Part shown: piece by piece, positions 8,267 to 17,933 of the stretch
Position numbering within the stretch: position 1 is the first letter of the stretch
Layout: each line of letters begins with the position of its first letter
Source of the DNA: Deltaproteobacteria bacterium
GTDB taxonomy: Bacteria > Myxococcota > XYA12-FULL-58-9
Assembly (NCBI GenBank): GCA_016218825.1
Contig: JACRCV010000056.1
Coordinates: forward strand, 160,416 to 224,415
Length of the DNA stretch: 64,000 nucleotides
Reading direction: 5' to 3'
The notes under the pieces: generated by a model
What the model was told of the DNA's origin: nothing
Database searches by the model: none
Seen by the model: the letters and a program-made list of their open reading frames with translations, nothing else
Made by a program: the position numbers and the translations under genes

Positions 8267-10699
8267 TCACGCGGTTCGCGGCACGCCGAGAGCGCCGAGA
8301 AGCGCCAGCGCGATCTCTTTGCGCGAGCCGCTCGTGGTCTCGCCGCCGTCGACCACGACGCCCACCGTCGGCCCGACGCAGGCGGGGCAGCCGCCGTCAC
8401 AGGCGCAGCTCTCGATGATGGTGCGGGCACGCACCAAGAGCACGTCCTTCTCGACGAACAGCCGCTCGGCGAGGCCGACGCCCCCGGGGACGTGGTCGTA
8501 GAGGAACAGCGTCGGGTTGAACCCGGCGCCGCCGGCGTCCTTGTGCGCCGGAACGCCGTCCCCTTCGCCCTCCCCCAAGGTCCAGCCGAGGTCGCGGCCG
8601 TCGGTCATCAAGCCGACCGTCGCCACGGTGTGCAGCGCGTGGCCGATGCCGCGGATCGCGTCGATCACCGCCGGCCGGGGTGCCGCCTGGGCGGCGACCG
8701 CGCTCTCTGCCACCGTCAGCCAGAAGGCCGTGGTGTGCATTTGGATCTCGGGGAGCCGGACGTCGCCGTAACCGACGTTCTCGTGCGAGTGGAACTTGAT
8801 CTTCTTGTAGCCGACGACCTTCTCGACGACGCTGACGTCGCCGGCGCCGGCGCGGAGCGCCTCGGCGCACCACGGCAGCGGCGCGCGGTTGTCCTCCTTG
8901 ATGACCGCGACCTTGGTGTAGGTCATCGCGGTGGTGTAGTAGTCGGGCTCGACCTTGCGCACGTAGGCCTTGTGGTTGTCGAGGTCGAGCTTCTCCACCT
9001 GATACTGCTCGCCGTCCTGCTGGTAGATCGCCTGCTCGTGCAGCATCGTGTGGCTGCTCTTCCAATCGAGCTCGGCTATTGCGAGGTCGCGCTCGACGTC
9101 GATGATGACGATGTTGTCCCAACCGACGCTGCGCAGCGACACGTGGTTCGCGGGATAGCTCTCGGAGGACCAGTGGTACAACGCCTTGCCGGTCGTGGTC
9201 GCGGCGCGGTGCAAGAGCTCGTGCTCTGTGAGGTACTGCAACGCCGCGCTGACGTCGTCGGGCGACAAGTCGCGAAAGCCGTCGCCTTCGGCAAACGGCA
9301 GCTCGAACGCGGCGCACTTCAGGTGCTGCACCAGGATCTCGACGTTGTCCGGGTCGATGCGCGCCTGCTCGATGGCGGCGCCGACCAGGGTCGCGGGGAG
9401 GGTCGCGAAGTATTGGTCGAGGGGGGCGCTCGAGGCGACGAGCAGCGCCAGCGACCGCTCGCCGCGGCGGCCGCCGCGGCCGAAGCGCTGCCAGAGCGCC
9501 GCCATGCTCCCCGGATAGCCGGCGCAGACGACCGCGTCGAGCATGCCGATGTCGATGCCGAGCTCCAGGGCGTTGGTCGCGACCACGCAGCGGATAGCGC
9601 CGGCCCGAAGGCCGTTCTCGATGTCGCGCCTGGTGCCCGGCAGGTAGCCGCCCCGATACCCCTGGATGAGCGCCGGATCGATCGAGTCGGTGGCCGCCGC
9701 GTCGCGCAGGTACTTCAACATCACCTCGACGGTGCTGCGGCTCTGGGCGAACACCAAGGTCGGCACCTTGGCGCGGATCAGGTCGGTCACGAGGCGGACG
9801 GCGCTCTTGACGTAGCTGGCGCGAATGCCGAGCTCGCGGTTGACGATCGGCGGGTTGTAGACCAACACCTGGCGCTCGCCCTGCGGCGCGCCGCTCTCGC
9901 ATATCAACAGCGCCTCGCGGCCGATCAGCCGTGCCGCGTGCTCCCGGGGGTTGCCGACGGTCGCCGAGGCCATCAAGAACACCGGCGCCGAGCCGTGGAA
10001 CGCCGCGACCCGCGACAGGCGCCGCAACAGGTTCGCGAGGTGCGAGCCGAGGACGCCGCGGTAGGTGTGCAGCTCGTCGATCACCACGTAGCGCAGGTTC
10101 GCGAACAGCCGCGCCCAGGCGGTGTGGTGCGGCAGGATGCCGGTGTGCAGCATGTCGGGGTTGGTGAGGAGCACGGCGCACTTCTCCCGCGCCGCGCGGC
10201 GGGCGTCGCCGGGGGTGTCGCCGTCATAGGTGATCGCGCCTTGGTCGAGCCCGGCGTCGGCCAAGAGCGCCCGCAGGCTCACCTCTTGGTCCCGGGACAG
10301 CGCCTTGGTCGGAAACAGGTAGAGCGCCCGGGCGTTCGGATCTTCGGCGAGCGCCTGCAGCACCGGCAGGTGGTAGCACAGGCTCTTGCCCGACGCGGTC
10401 GGGGTCGCGATCACCAGATCGCGTCCGGCCACGGCCGCCCGATAGGCGCGCGCCTGATGCGAGAACAAGCGCTCGATGCCGCGCCTCGCCAACGCGCCGA
10501 CGAGCGCGGCGCTCACCCCCTCGGGGATCGGATCGAGCACCGCCGGCGTCGCGGACAGCGCCAGGTCCAGCACCAGGTTGCCTTTCACCTTCGGCGTGTT
10601 GCGCCAGTCACGAAGCACCGCGTCGACCCCGTGCGCCCCGGCCCACGGTGTCGGTCGCGGCCGCTCGAAGCCCCACTCACCCGCTCTGTCGTCCGTCAT
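8267..10699 (-). CDS. MrfA/YprA-like DEAD/DEAH-box ATP-dependent helicase with C-terminal Cys4 DUF1998 domain
   Basis: Walker A (ATPTASGKSLCY), DExH (VIDELHTYRG) and SAT (MASATVGNP) motifs. C-terminal Cys4 cluster (CACDGGCPACVGP). The real start is the ATG at 10699 (MTDDRAGEWGF); the track ORF extends a further 194 codons upstream in Arg/Gly-rich sequence without protein character. Confidence 0.85.
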   Translation of the reverse strand: MTDDRAGEWGFERPRPTPWAGAHGVDAVLRDWRNTPKVKGNLVLDLALSATPAVLDPIPEGVSAALVGALARRGIERLFSHQARAYRAAVAGRDLVIATPTASGKSLCYHLPVLQALAEDPNARALYLFPTKALSRDQEVSLRALLADAGLDQGAITYDGDTPGDARRAAREKCAVLLTNPDMLHTGILPHHTAWARLFANLRYVVIDELHTYRGVLGSHLANLLRRLSRVAAFHGSAPVFLMASATVGNPREHAARLIGREALLICESGAPQGERQVLVYNPPIVNRELGIRASYVKSAVRLVTDLIRAKVPTLVFAQSRSTVEVMLKYLRDAAATDSIDPALIQGYRGGYLPGTRRDIENGLRAGAIRCVVATNALELGIDIGMLDAVVCAGYPGSMAALWQRFGRGGRRGERSLALLVASSAPLDQYFATLPATLVGAAIEQARIDPDNVEILVQHLKCAAFELPFAEGDGFRDLSPDDVSAALQYLTEHELLHRAATTTGKALYHWSSESYPANHVSLRSVGWDNIVIIDVERDLAIAELDWKSSHTMLHEQAIYQQDGEQYQVEKLDLDNHKAYVRKVEPDYYTTAMTYTKVAVIKEDNRAPLPWCAEALRAGAGDVSVVEKVVGYKKIKFHSHENVGYGDVRLPEIQMHTTAFWLTVAESAVAAQAAPRPAVIDAIRGIGHALHTVATVGLMTDGRDLGWTLGEGEGDGVPAHKDAGGAGFNPTLFLYDHVPGGVGLAERLFVEKDVLLVRARTIIESCACDGGCPACVGPTVGVVVDGGETTSGSRKEIALALLGALGVPRTA

Positions 10700-10707
10700 G
10701 CGCGCCA

Positions 10708-10723
10708 CTGTACGGATGTACAC
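10708..10723. promoter_or_regulatory. Second LexA-box-like palindrome immediately upstream of the helicase start
   Basis: CTGTACGGATGTACAC is identical at 13 of 16 positions to the imuA box (CTGTACGGGTGTTCAG). It is CTGT-N8-ACAC with 5 of 6 dyad symmetry between the outer half-sites. It lies 9 bp upstream of the helicase ATG. Confidence 0.3.
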
Positions 10724-10752
10724 CTGCCCTTGGCAAGTCTCTTCGTGACGCC

Positions 10753-11226
10753 TCAGCCGGAGCCGGCGCGGCGCGGGGTCTCGAGATCGGCCGAGTCGAT
10801 GACCAGGGTCACCGGACCGTCGTTCGTGAGCTCCACCTGCATCATCGCGCCAAACTCGCCCTCGAAGACCGGGACACCGGTGCCGCGCAGCACGGCGCTG
10901 AAATGCGCGCACAGGCTGCGGGCGCGGTCCGGGGCCTCGGCGTCGCCGAAGTACGGTCGCCGGCCGCGGCGGACGTCGGCGAACAGCGTGAACTGACTCA
11001 CCACCAAGATCGCCCCACCGATCTCGGCGAGCCCGAGGTTCGTCCGCCCGGCGTCGTCGGCAAACAGCCGCAGGCTGACGAGCTTCTCGGCGAGCGCCTT
11101 GGCGCGCGCCTCGTCGTCGCCCTTGGCGACGCCGAGCAGCACCAACAGGCCGCGCTCGATCGCCGCGACGACCCGCGCCTCGACGAGGACCCGCGCCTGA
11201 CTCACCCGCTGCACGACCGCGCGCAT
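10753..11226 (-). CDS. dtd: D-aminoacyl-tRNA deacylase
   Basis: Begins MRAVVQRVSQARV and contains the SQFTL motif. 157 aa, the typical Dtd length and signature. Start ATG at 11226. Confidence 0.85.
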   Translation of the reverse strand: MRAVVQRVSQARVLVEARVVAAIERGLLVLLGVAKGDDEARAKALAEKLVSLRLFADDAGRTNLGLAEIGGAILVVSQFTLFADVRRGRRPYFGDAEAPDRARSLCAHFSAVLRGTGVPVFEGEFGAMMQVELTNDGPVTLVIDSADLETPRRAGSG

Positions 11227-11338
11227 CTCGCCCTCCGGCTCCGGTCGCCTCGAGCCAACCAGCTTTGGCCACCGCCGGCAAGCGCCTCGGCTTGCAATCG
11301 TCAGGCGCAGTCGGTATCGAAAGCTCGAGAGGTCACCC

Positions 11339-12328
11339 GTGTCGTCGCGCCGCCTCGCACCATGGCTCGTCATCGTCGTCGGGGTCGTCCTCGCCGCGAG
11401 CGGCTGCGCGGCGCTCGAGGAGATGTGGGCGAGCATCGCCGGCCCGCCGCCGCAGGGAGACGCGCAGCGGGAGGTCACCGACAGTGAACGGCGCGCGCCG
11501 ATCCTGCTGTTGCACGGCATGGCGGGCTTCGACGCCGTCATCGGCGTCGAGTACTTCTACAAGGTCCCGGAGGCGCTCACCACCGACGGCCACGCGGTCG
11601 TCGCCGCCGTCGTCGATCCCTTCAACTCCGTCGCCCGCCGCGCCGAGCAGGTGGCGACGCAGCTCGACAAGGTCCTGCTCGCCACCGGCGCCAGAGGCGC
11701 GCACCTGATCGCCCACAGTCAGGGCGGCTTGGACGCGCGCTACCTCATCTCGACCTTGGGCTACGGTGACCGGGTGTTGTCCTTGACCACGATCGCGACG
11801 CCGCACCACGGCACGCTGATCGCCGACGCCGCGCTCGGCTGGGTGCCGAACCTCCCGGCCGAGGCCGACTACGCGTTCGCGCTCATCGACAAGCTCGGGC
11901 ACGGCGTCACCGGCACCGACGTGGATCTGCAGGCGCAGCTCTGGGGTCTGACAAGACGCTATGTCGAAGGGACCTTCAACCCGCAGAACCCCGACGATCC
12001 GCGGGTGCGCTACTACTCCTACGCCGGGGTCACGCAGGCCTGGCCCTTCGTGGATCGCGAGACCGTCGACATCGTCAACCCGGGGCTGCTCGCCTCCTAC
12101 CTCACGCTCAAGGCGCTCGAGGGCGAAAACGACGGGATGGTGTCGGTCAAGAGCGCCCGCTGGGGGGCCTTCCTCGGCGTGCTCGCCGCCGACCACATGG
12201 ACGAGGTCGGCCAACCGATGGGCGCCACCAGCAAGGCCTTCGACCACCTGGCCTTCTATCGCGCGCTGTCGCGCTTCGTGACCGGCGAGGGTCCGGCGCC
12301 GCGGCTCAGGAACCTCAAGGCGCCGTGA
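11339..12328 (+). CDS. Secreted alpha/beta-hydrolase triacylglycerol lipase (bacterial lipase family)
   Basis: Signal peptide with lipobox (VLAASGCAA). Oxyanion-hole region (LLLHGMAGF). Nucleophile elbow (IAHSQGGLDARY). Confidence 0.8.
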   Translation: MSSRRLAPWLVIVVGVVLAASGCAALEEMWASIAGPPPQGDAQREVTDSERRAPILLLHGMAGFDAVIGVEYFYKVPEALTTDGHAVVAAVVDPFNSVARRAEQVATQLDKVLLATGARGAHLIAHSQGGLDARYLISTLGYGDRVLSLTTIATPHHGTLIADAALGWVPNLPAEADYAFALIDKLGHGVTGTDVDLQAQLWGLTRRYVEGTFNPQNPDDPRVRYYSYAGVTQAWPFVDRETVDIVNPGLLASYLTLKALEGENDGMVSVKSARWGAFLGVLAADHMDEVGQPMGATSKAFDHLAFYRALSRFVTGEGPAPRLRNLKAP

Positions 12329-14542
12329 CCGTGAGACTGCCGGCCTCTGCCGGCGCGTACTGCTGCAGGTTCATCGCGCCGTCGGCGTCGCAGCACAGCC
12401 AGGTGGTGCCGCCGTCCATCGAGAAGCGCCACGCCCAGTCGTAGGTGCCGGGGACGTCGGGCGCCACCAGGATCGCCAGGTGCTCGTCGTTGACGCTCGA
12501 TGCCGGCCAGAGGTTGAAGACCCCCGAAGCACCCCAGCTCCAGTCGCCGGCGGTCGGCATCGAGGCGGGCGGGCCGTAGCCCACCTGCGACAACGGCGTC
12601 GGGCCGGCGCCCGCGGGCCCGGTCAGATCGACGCTGCCGGCGCGGCTCGCGAGCGCCGCGTGCACCTGTCCGTAGACGACCGCGGCCTCGCCCCGCCCGA
12701 GCGTCAGATCCTTGGACGGTGCCGGCAGCAACCGGCACCAATCGACGACGGCGCCGGCAGCCGGCGTGACGACGTCCAGGTTGAGCGCCAGCGACGCCTG
12801 GTAGGGATCGCCGTTCACCGCGCTGCCGCTGGTGTCGGCGATGAGCCACGGCCCGCCGTTCAGGCGCGCGCGCGCCGCCAGGTCATAGGGGTTGGCGATC
12901 ACGGGCGCGACCCCGCGCCAATCGTATTGATCGTCGGCCTGCACGCCGCCGCCGTCCACGTCACGAGCGTATTGCGCCGCGCTGTAGCTCCACGCCACCG
13001 TGCTCGGATCAGCACCCCGCGGGCCGACGCCCACCTGCACCTCGATGCCCGCGCCCTGACCGCCGCCCGGCGTCGAGCCGGCCTCGTAGATCTGCACCCG
13101 CGCCCCGATCGGCGCGCCGGGGCTGACGCGCGCCGCGTCCGGCGGCGTCACGATCCGCACCCAGTCGACCACCGGGGCGCTCACCAGGGCGTCGCCGAGC
13201 TTCGCGGGGTCGAACGTCATCGTGACCTCGTCGGTGTCGAGCCAGAGCCAGTGGGCGCCGGCGTCGAGGCTGGCGCGCGCCGCGTAGGCGTAGTGCCCGG
13301 CCGCGAGCGCCGGCAGCGCGACGACGTAGACGTCGTTGCTCGTCGCTTGGGCGTCACGCGCGTAGCCGGCGGCCTCGAGCTGCCAACCGCCGGCGTCGAT
13401 CGTCGGATCGGTCGCAGGTGGTCCGACGCCTACCTGCACCTCGATCCCCGGCCCTTGACCCGCGGCATCGGTGACCCCGGCCTTGTAGATCTCGATCTCG
13501 ATCTCCGGCCGCGCGCCCCCGGTCTCGAAGGCGACGGCGGGCGGGCGGAGCACACCCCAGTCGACGAGGTCGGTGACCACCGCGACCGTGAGCTTGCCGG
13601 CCTGGGCGGCCGTGTAACCCGAGAGCGCCGATCCGTCGCGATCGCAAAGCAGCCAGGCGCCGCCGCTCGCGAGCTTGAAACGCGCCGCGAAGTCATAGGG
13701 GCCGAGGACACCCGGCGCGACGAAGGTGGCGGCGAAGACATCGTTGTTGCCGTCGTCGCGGCCGAAGGAGAGCGGGCTCCAGGTCCAGCTGAGCTCGTCG
13801 GGGGTGCTGTCCCTCGGACCCACGCCGAGCTCGCCCACGAGGCTCGTCGGCGCACCACCGTCGGTGACCCCGGCCTCGTAAACGCTGGCCGCGGTCGCGA
13901 CCGACGCAGCGCCCGGAGCCAACGTCTGGGCCGGCGGCCCCTCCAGCCGACACCAATCGACCGCCGGCACCGGGGGCGGCGTGACCGTCAACGTGCCGCT
14001 GTCGGCGATCGCAAAGCCGTCACTCGTCCCAGCCCCGAGGTCGGCGTAGACCCACGGACCCGAGTAGAGCGCGAAGCGAAACGCGTAGCGGTAGGTGCCC
14101 GGCACCGCCGGCAAGGTCAGCGTGAGCTGGTACTCGTCGTTGGCGCCGTTGTCGACGTCGACGTTGAAGGCGGCGGGGGCCCACGCCCAGGCCGCGACCG
14201 GATCCGCCGCGCTGCCGAGCCCGCCTTCGGCCGTCACCCCCTGACCCCGGCCGGCGCCGTCGGTGATCCCTTGCTTGAAGACCCGGCCGTAGATGACGAC
14301 GGTGCTCTGGGTCTCGCCGCTGTGGCTCTCGGGGTGCTGCAATCGGGCCCACTCGATGCTCGGCACCACGACGGCATCGCCCGCGGCGCCCGAGTCGCCG
14401 GCGCGCCCGTCACCGTGCGGCCCCGGATCGGTCCCGGCGTCGAAGTCTCCGGGTTGAACCTTGACCGGCGGCGAATGGTCGCCGCTGCAACTCCACGCGA
14501 GCGCGACCACGACCACGAGGGCCCACGAGCCACGGCCTGACA
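12315..14542 (-). CDS. Large secreted (lipo)protein built from 5-6 tandem ~120-130-aa repeats of an unrecognised domain
   Basis: Start ATG at 14542 (MSGRGSWALVVVVALAWSCSG signal peptide). Repeats share VDWCRL/VDWVRI, YEAG(V/S)TDG, GQG.GIEVQVGVGP, ND.Y and G.Y.YA.R motifs. The track ORF 12315..15698 over-extends the 5' end. The antisense ORF 12480..14540 is an artefact. Confidence 0.65.
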
Positions 14543-14612
14543 TCGCGCACCTCCTTGCCCGGGCGCCGCCCTGGGCCGCCGGGGGTCGCCACCCTATCAC
14601 CAAAGCCTGCCG

Positions 14613-16805
14613 ATGGCTCGCGGCCGGGATCTTCCCTATACTCACCCCGGCATGCCGCCCGCCGATGGCCAACCGCTCAGCCGCATCCTCCGTGGCCAAC
14701 CGCTCCCGGCCGGGACCGCGATCGCCTGGGGCCTCAAGCTGGCGCAAACGTTGGCGCTCATCCACGACCACAGCAAGCTGCACCGCGACGTGCAGCCCTC
14801 GAACATCGTGATCGGCCGCGACGGCTCGATCCACCTCTTGGCCTCGAGCGTCGCCTCGGTCTCCGAGAGCCTCGAGGCCCCGACTCCGAGCGACGCCGGC
14901 GCCGCCCGCGCCGCCTGGCATCCGGCGGTCGACACCCCGGTCTTGATGGGGGCGCCGCCCTACATGAGCCCGGAGCAGGTCCAGGGCGAGCCGCTCGACG
15001 CGCGCAGCGACGTGTTCTCGCTCGGCGTCGTGCTCTACGAGATGACCACCGGCAAGCGCCCGTTCTCCGGCGCCACCAGCGCCGAGATCTTTCGCGACAT
15101 CGCCCGCGCCCAGCCGATCCCGCCGGCCGCGCTCGCGCCCGGGATCCCGCCGTCTTTGGAGCGGGTGATCCAGAGAGCGCTGGCGCCTGCCCGCCACGAC
15201 CGCTTCCAGGACGCCGGCGAGATGGCGCACGCTCTCGAGGAGTGCGCTCGCGCCCAAGAAGGCACGCCGTCGACGCAGCGCGGCCGCCGCCTCGGCGACC
15301 GCCCGCAACCGCCCGGCAAGCGCGCGCGATCGACGTTGCTCGCGACCGCGATCGGCGTCGCCGTCGCCGTCGCCGTCGTTCTGGCGGTCGTGATCTTTGG
15401 ACTCACGATCCTCGAGCCCGGCGCTGACGCGATGACGGTCATGCTCTTCCCCATCGAGGTGCGGCACGAATCGGCGGGCGCCGACCTGCTGGGCCGGTCG
15501 CTCGCCGAGGCGATCGCCGTCAACCTGGCGGAGGCTCGCCAGCTCCGGATCCTGCCGGTGCCGCAGGCCTCCGAGATCGAGGGGGTCGGAGCCCTGGGCC
15601 GCGCGGCGACCGCCCGCCGCCTCACCGCGGGGCGCTTGGTGTCGGGCGCGGTGACCCGGGAGCGCGGCAACGTTCACCTGACGCTGAGCCTGGTTCACAC
15701 CGTCGAGAACCGCATCCTCTGGGGAACGCAGATGGACGGCAGCGACGACGATCTGCCGGCGCTCACCGCCGCCGCCGCCCGCGCCGTCGCCCGCGAGCTC
15801 GGCGCGACCTTCCCGAAGCTGTACGACTACGTCGCCAACCTCTCCGGCGGACCGACCATGGCGGCGTCACCGGCGACCAGCGTCGCCCTGGGGGCGCTGC
15901 GCCGCGGCGAAATCCCGCCGCTGCTCCAAGCGACCGCGACCCTCGTCTCGACCTTCCCCGAGGAGGCCGACGCCCTGGCGCTCCGGGCGCACGCGCTCTT
16001 GCTCTCCTATGACGCCGACCGCCGCACCGCGAACCGCGACGCGCTCGAGGCCGCGCTCGCGGCGCTCGACGCCGTCGATCCCAAGAACCCCTACACCGCG
16101 TTCTACCGCGCCTACCTCTTCGCCCACGACAACCGGCCCGCCGACGCCATCAACCGCTACGCGGCGCTGCTCGGACGCGCCGACCTGACACCCGCGGCGC
16201 GGGCCTGGATCCTGCGCTATCGGGCGCTGGCGCGCACCAGCGTCGAGGGCCAGGCGGCGGCGCTCGAAGATCTGGAGACCGCGCTGCACCTCGACCCGGC
16301 GAGCGCTCGCACCTTCAACATCATGAGCGAGACCTTGCGCACCAACGGCCGCATCGAGGAGGCCGCGGTCCGCGCCCGCCAGGCGGTGGCGCTGATGCCG
16401 TCGTTCTGGCGCAACCATCAGAGCCTCGGCCTGGCGCTGTCGCGCCTCGGGCGCTGGAACGAGGCTGAAGAGGCCTTCGCCGCCGCCTGCGAGCTCGGGG
16501 ACGCGCAGGCGCCCTGCGCCCTGTTGGCGCTGGCGCTGTTTCGCACCGGCAACAAGACCCGGGCGCAGGAGGTCGCACAGCGCGCCGCGAAGCTCACCGA
16601 GGAGCCGACCGGGGCCTACAACCTCGCCTGCTACCACGCGCTCGCCGGCGACCGCGAGGCGGCGCTGCGCCTGCTGCGCCGCGCCAACGCCCTCGGCTTC
16701 GTCGATCCGAGCGCCGGCCAGGATCCGGATCTGGAGAACCTGCGCGCGATCCCGGAGTTCGCCGCGGTGCTCCGGCAGATCGAGGGCAAGACCCCGGCGC
16801 GCTGA
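14613..16805 (+). CDS. N-terminally truncated Hanks-type kinase-like membrane protein (pseudokinase C-lobe) + TM helix + TolB-N-like/TPR extracytoplasmic domain
   Basis: Has subdomain V-XI equivalents only: HRDVQPSN catalytic-loop remnant (Lys replaced by Gln), no DFG (LAS in its place), and an SPE (APE-like) motif. No Gly loop or VAIK in any frame upstream. TM segment LLATAIGVAVAVAVVLAVVIFGL, then TPR-like repeats. An alternative ATG is at 14652. Confidence 0.6.
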   Translation: MARGRDLPYTHPGMPPADGQPLSRILRGQPLPAGTAIAWGLKLAQTLALIHDHSKLHRDVQPSNIVIGRDGSIHLLASSVASVSESLEAPTPSDAGAARAAWHPAVDTPVLMGAPPYMSPEQVQGEPLDARSDVFSLGVVLYEMTTGKRPFSGATSAEIFRDIARAQPIPPAALAPGIPPSLERVIQRALAPARHDRFQDAGEMAHALEECARAQEGTPSTQRGRRLGDRPQPPGKRARSTLLATAIGVAVAVAVVLAVVIFGLTILEPGADAMTVMLFPIEVRHESAGADLLGRSLAEAIAVNLAEARQLRILPVPQASEIEGVGALGRAATARRLTAGRLVSGAVTRERGNVHLTLSLVHTVENRILWGTQMDGSDDDLPALTAAAARAVARELGATFPKLYDYVANLSGGPTMAASPATSVALGALRRGEIPPLLQATATLVSTFPEEADALALRAHALLLSYDADRRTANRDALEAALAALDAVDPKNPYTAFYRAYLFAHDNRPADAINRYAALLGRADLTPAARAWILRYRALARTSVEGQAAALEDLETALHLDPASARTFNIMSETLRTNGRIEEAAVRARQAVALMPSFWRNHQSLGLALSRLGRWNEAEEAFAAACELGDAQAPCALLALALFRTGNKTRAQEVAQRAAKLTEEPTGAYNLACYHALAGDREAALRLLRRANALGFVDPSAGQDPDLENLRAIPEFAAVLRQIEGKTPAR

Positions 16806-16898
16806 CACCCCTCCGGAACGCGGCCCCGACCCGCCCTTGCGGCTGTGGCGCTCGTCGGCCAGTCATGGTACATGATGCCGCGAGCTCGAGCGGCGTAG

Positions 16899-17189
<291 letters not shown>

Positions 17190-17270
17190 GGCTTCGCACC
17201 GCCTCTAGGACGACCACCCTCCGCATTTGCGTCGGGCCGCGTGGGATCCACCTGGCCTTCGTAGTCGAGT

Positions 17271-17903
17271 CTAGCCCTCGTACTGGGCGCGCTCGGTCTC
17301 GAGCAGCGCCACGTGGTCCTCTTCCTCGGCCGCGAGCTCGAGGTAGACGTCGCGCTCCGGCCCGACCGGCAGCGCCGCGGCTCGCGCCTTGAAGTGATCC
17401 CGGGTGCGGCGCTCCATCGCGATCGCCTTGTCGTAGACCTGGGTCACGTGGCCGGCGGCGTTCTTGAAGTCGATCCCCTCGAAGATCCACGTGGCCATGA
17501 TCTCGTCCTTCGCGGCCGACGGATTCTTGGCGTCGCTCTCGAGGTGGAGGTGGTACTTGGACTCGAGCTCGCTCAGGTGATCCTGCTCTTTGCCGAACAT
17601 GTCGACCAGCACCTCCTTGAGCTCGGCGTCCGCGGTCTTGGCGGCGGCAAGGCGGTAGAAGTGATACATGTCGAGCTCGTACTGCACCGCCTCGTTGACG
17701 GCCTTGATCTGCTCGGCGCCGGCGCCGGAGTAGCCCTTGACCACCTCGTTCTGGCCGCCGCACAGGTAGCAGCGGCCGTAGGGCACCGCGAAGCCGGTCG
17801 AGAGCTTGCCGCACGCCTTGCACTTCCAGGTGTACTTGACGTCGGCGCAGCAGATGGTGTCGTCATCCAATAGCTGGTGACACTTGGGACAGGAGGAAGC
17901 CAC
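17271..17903 (-). CDS. Reverse-rubrerythrin-like protein (N-terminal Cys-rich zinc-ribbon/rubredoxin-like region + ferritin-like diiron domain)
   Basis: N-terminus has 8 Cys arranged as CPKC...CC...CKAC...CYLC. It is followed by two ExxH diiron motifs (EQDHLSELE and EEEDHVALLE) in a ferritin-like domain. Confidence 0.7.
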   Translation of the reverse strand: MASSCPKCHQLLDDDTICCADVKYTWKCKACGKLSTGFAVPYGRCYLCGGQNEVVKGYSGAGAEQIKAVNEAVQYELDMYHFYRLAAAKTADAELKEVLVDMFGKEQDHLSELESKYHLHLESDAKNPSAAKDEIMATWIFEGIDFKNAAGHVTQVYDKAIAMERRTRDHFKARAAALPVGPERDVYLELAAEEEDHVALLETERAQYEG

Positions 17904-17933
17904 GATCGCAGTCCTTTCGCGAGAGTTTCCGAC

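Noticed and set aside
8267-10699. Helicase as a Druantia DruE-type antiphage component (also DUF1998-containing)
   Set aside because: At 811 aa it is MrfA/YprA-sized rather than the roughly 1800-2200 aa of DruE, and it is followed by a YprB-type exonuclease rather than the other Druantia genes. The repair interpretation fits better.
7058-10996. 1312-aa plus-strand ORF (and the nested 8397..10181 minus-strand ORF)
   Set aside because: It is antisense, or in an alternative frame, to the helicase and exonuclease genes, whose translations carry clear Walker A, DExH and DEDD motifs. Typical high-GC shadow ORFs.
12480-14540. 686-aa plus-strand ORF opposite the repeat lipoprotein
   Set aside because: No signal peptide or domain motifs. 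The minus-strand translation shows a consistent repeat architecture and secretion signal.
14461-15427. Alternative frames (14461..14811, 14555..15427) as carriers of the missing kinase N-lobe via frameshift
   Set aside because: Neither translation contains a Gly loop, VAIK or helix-C signature. The N-lobe is absent, not frameshifted.
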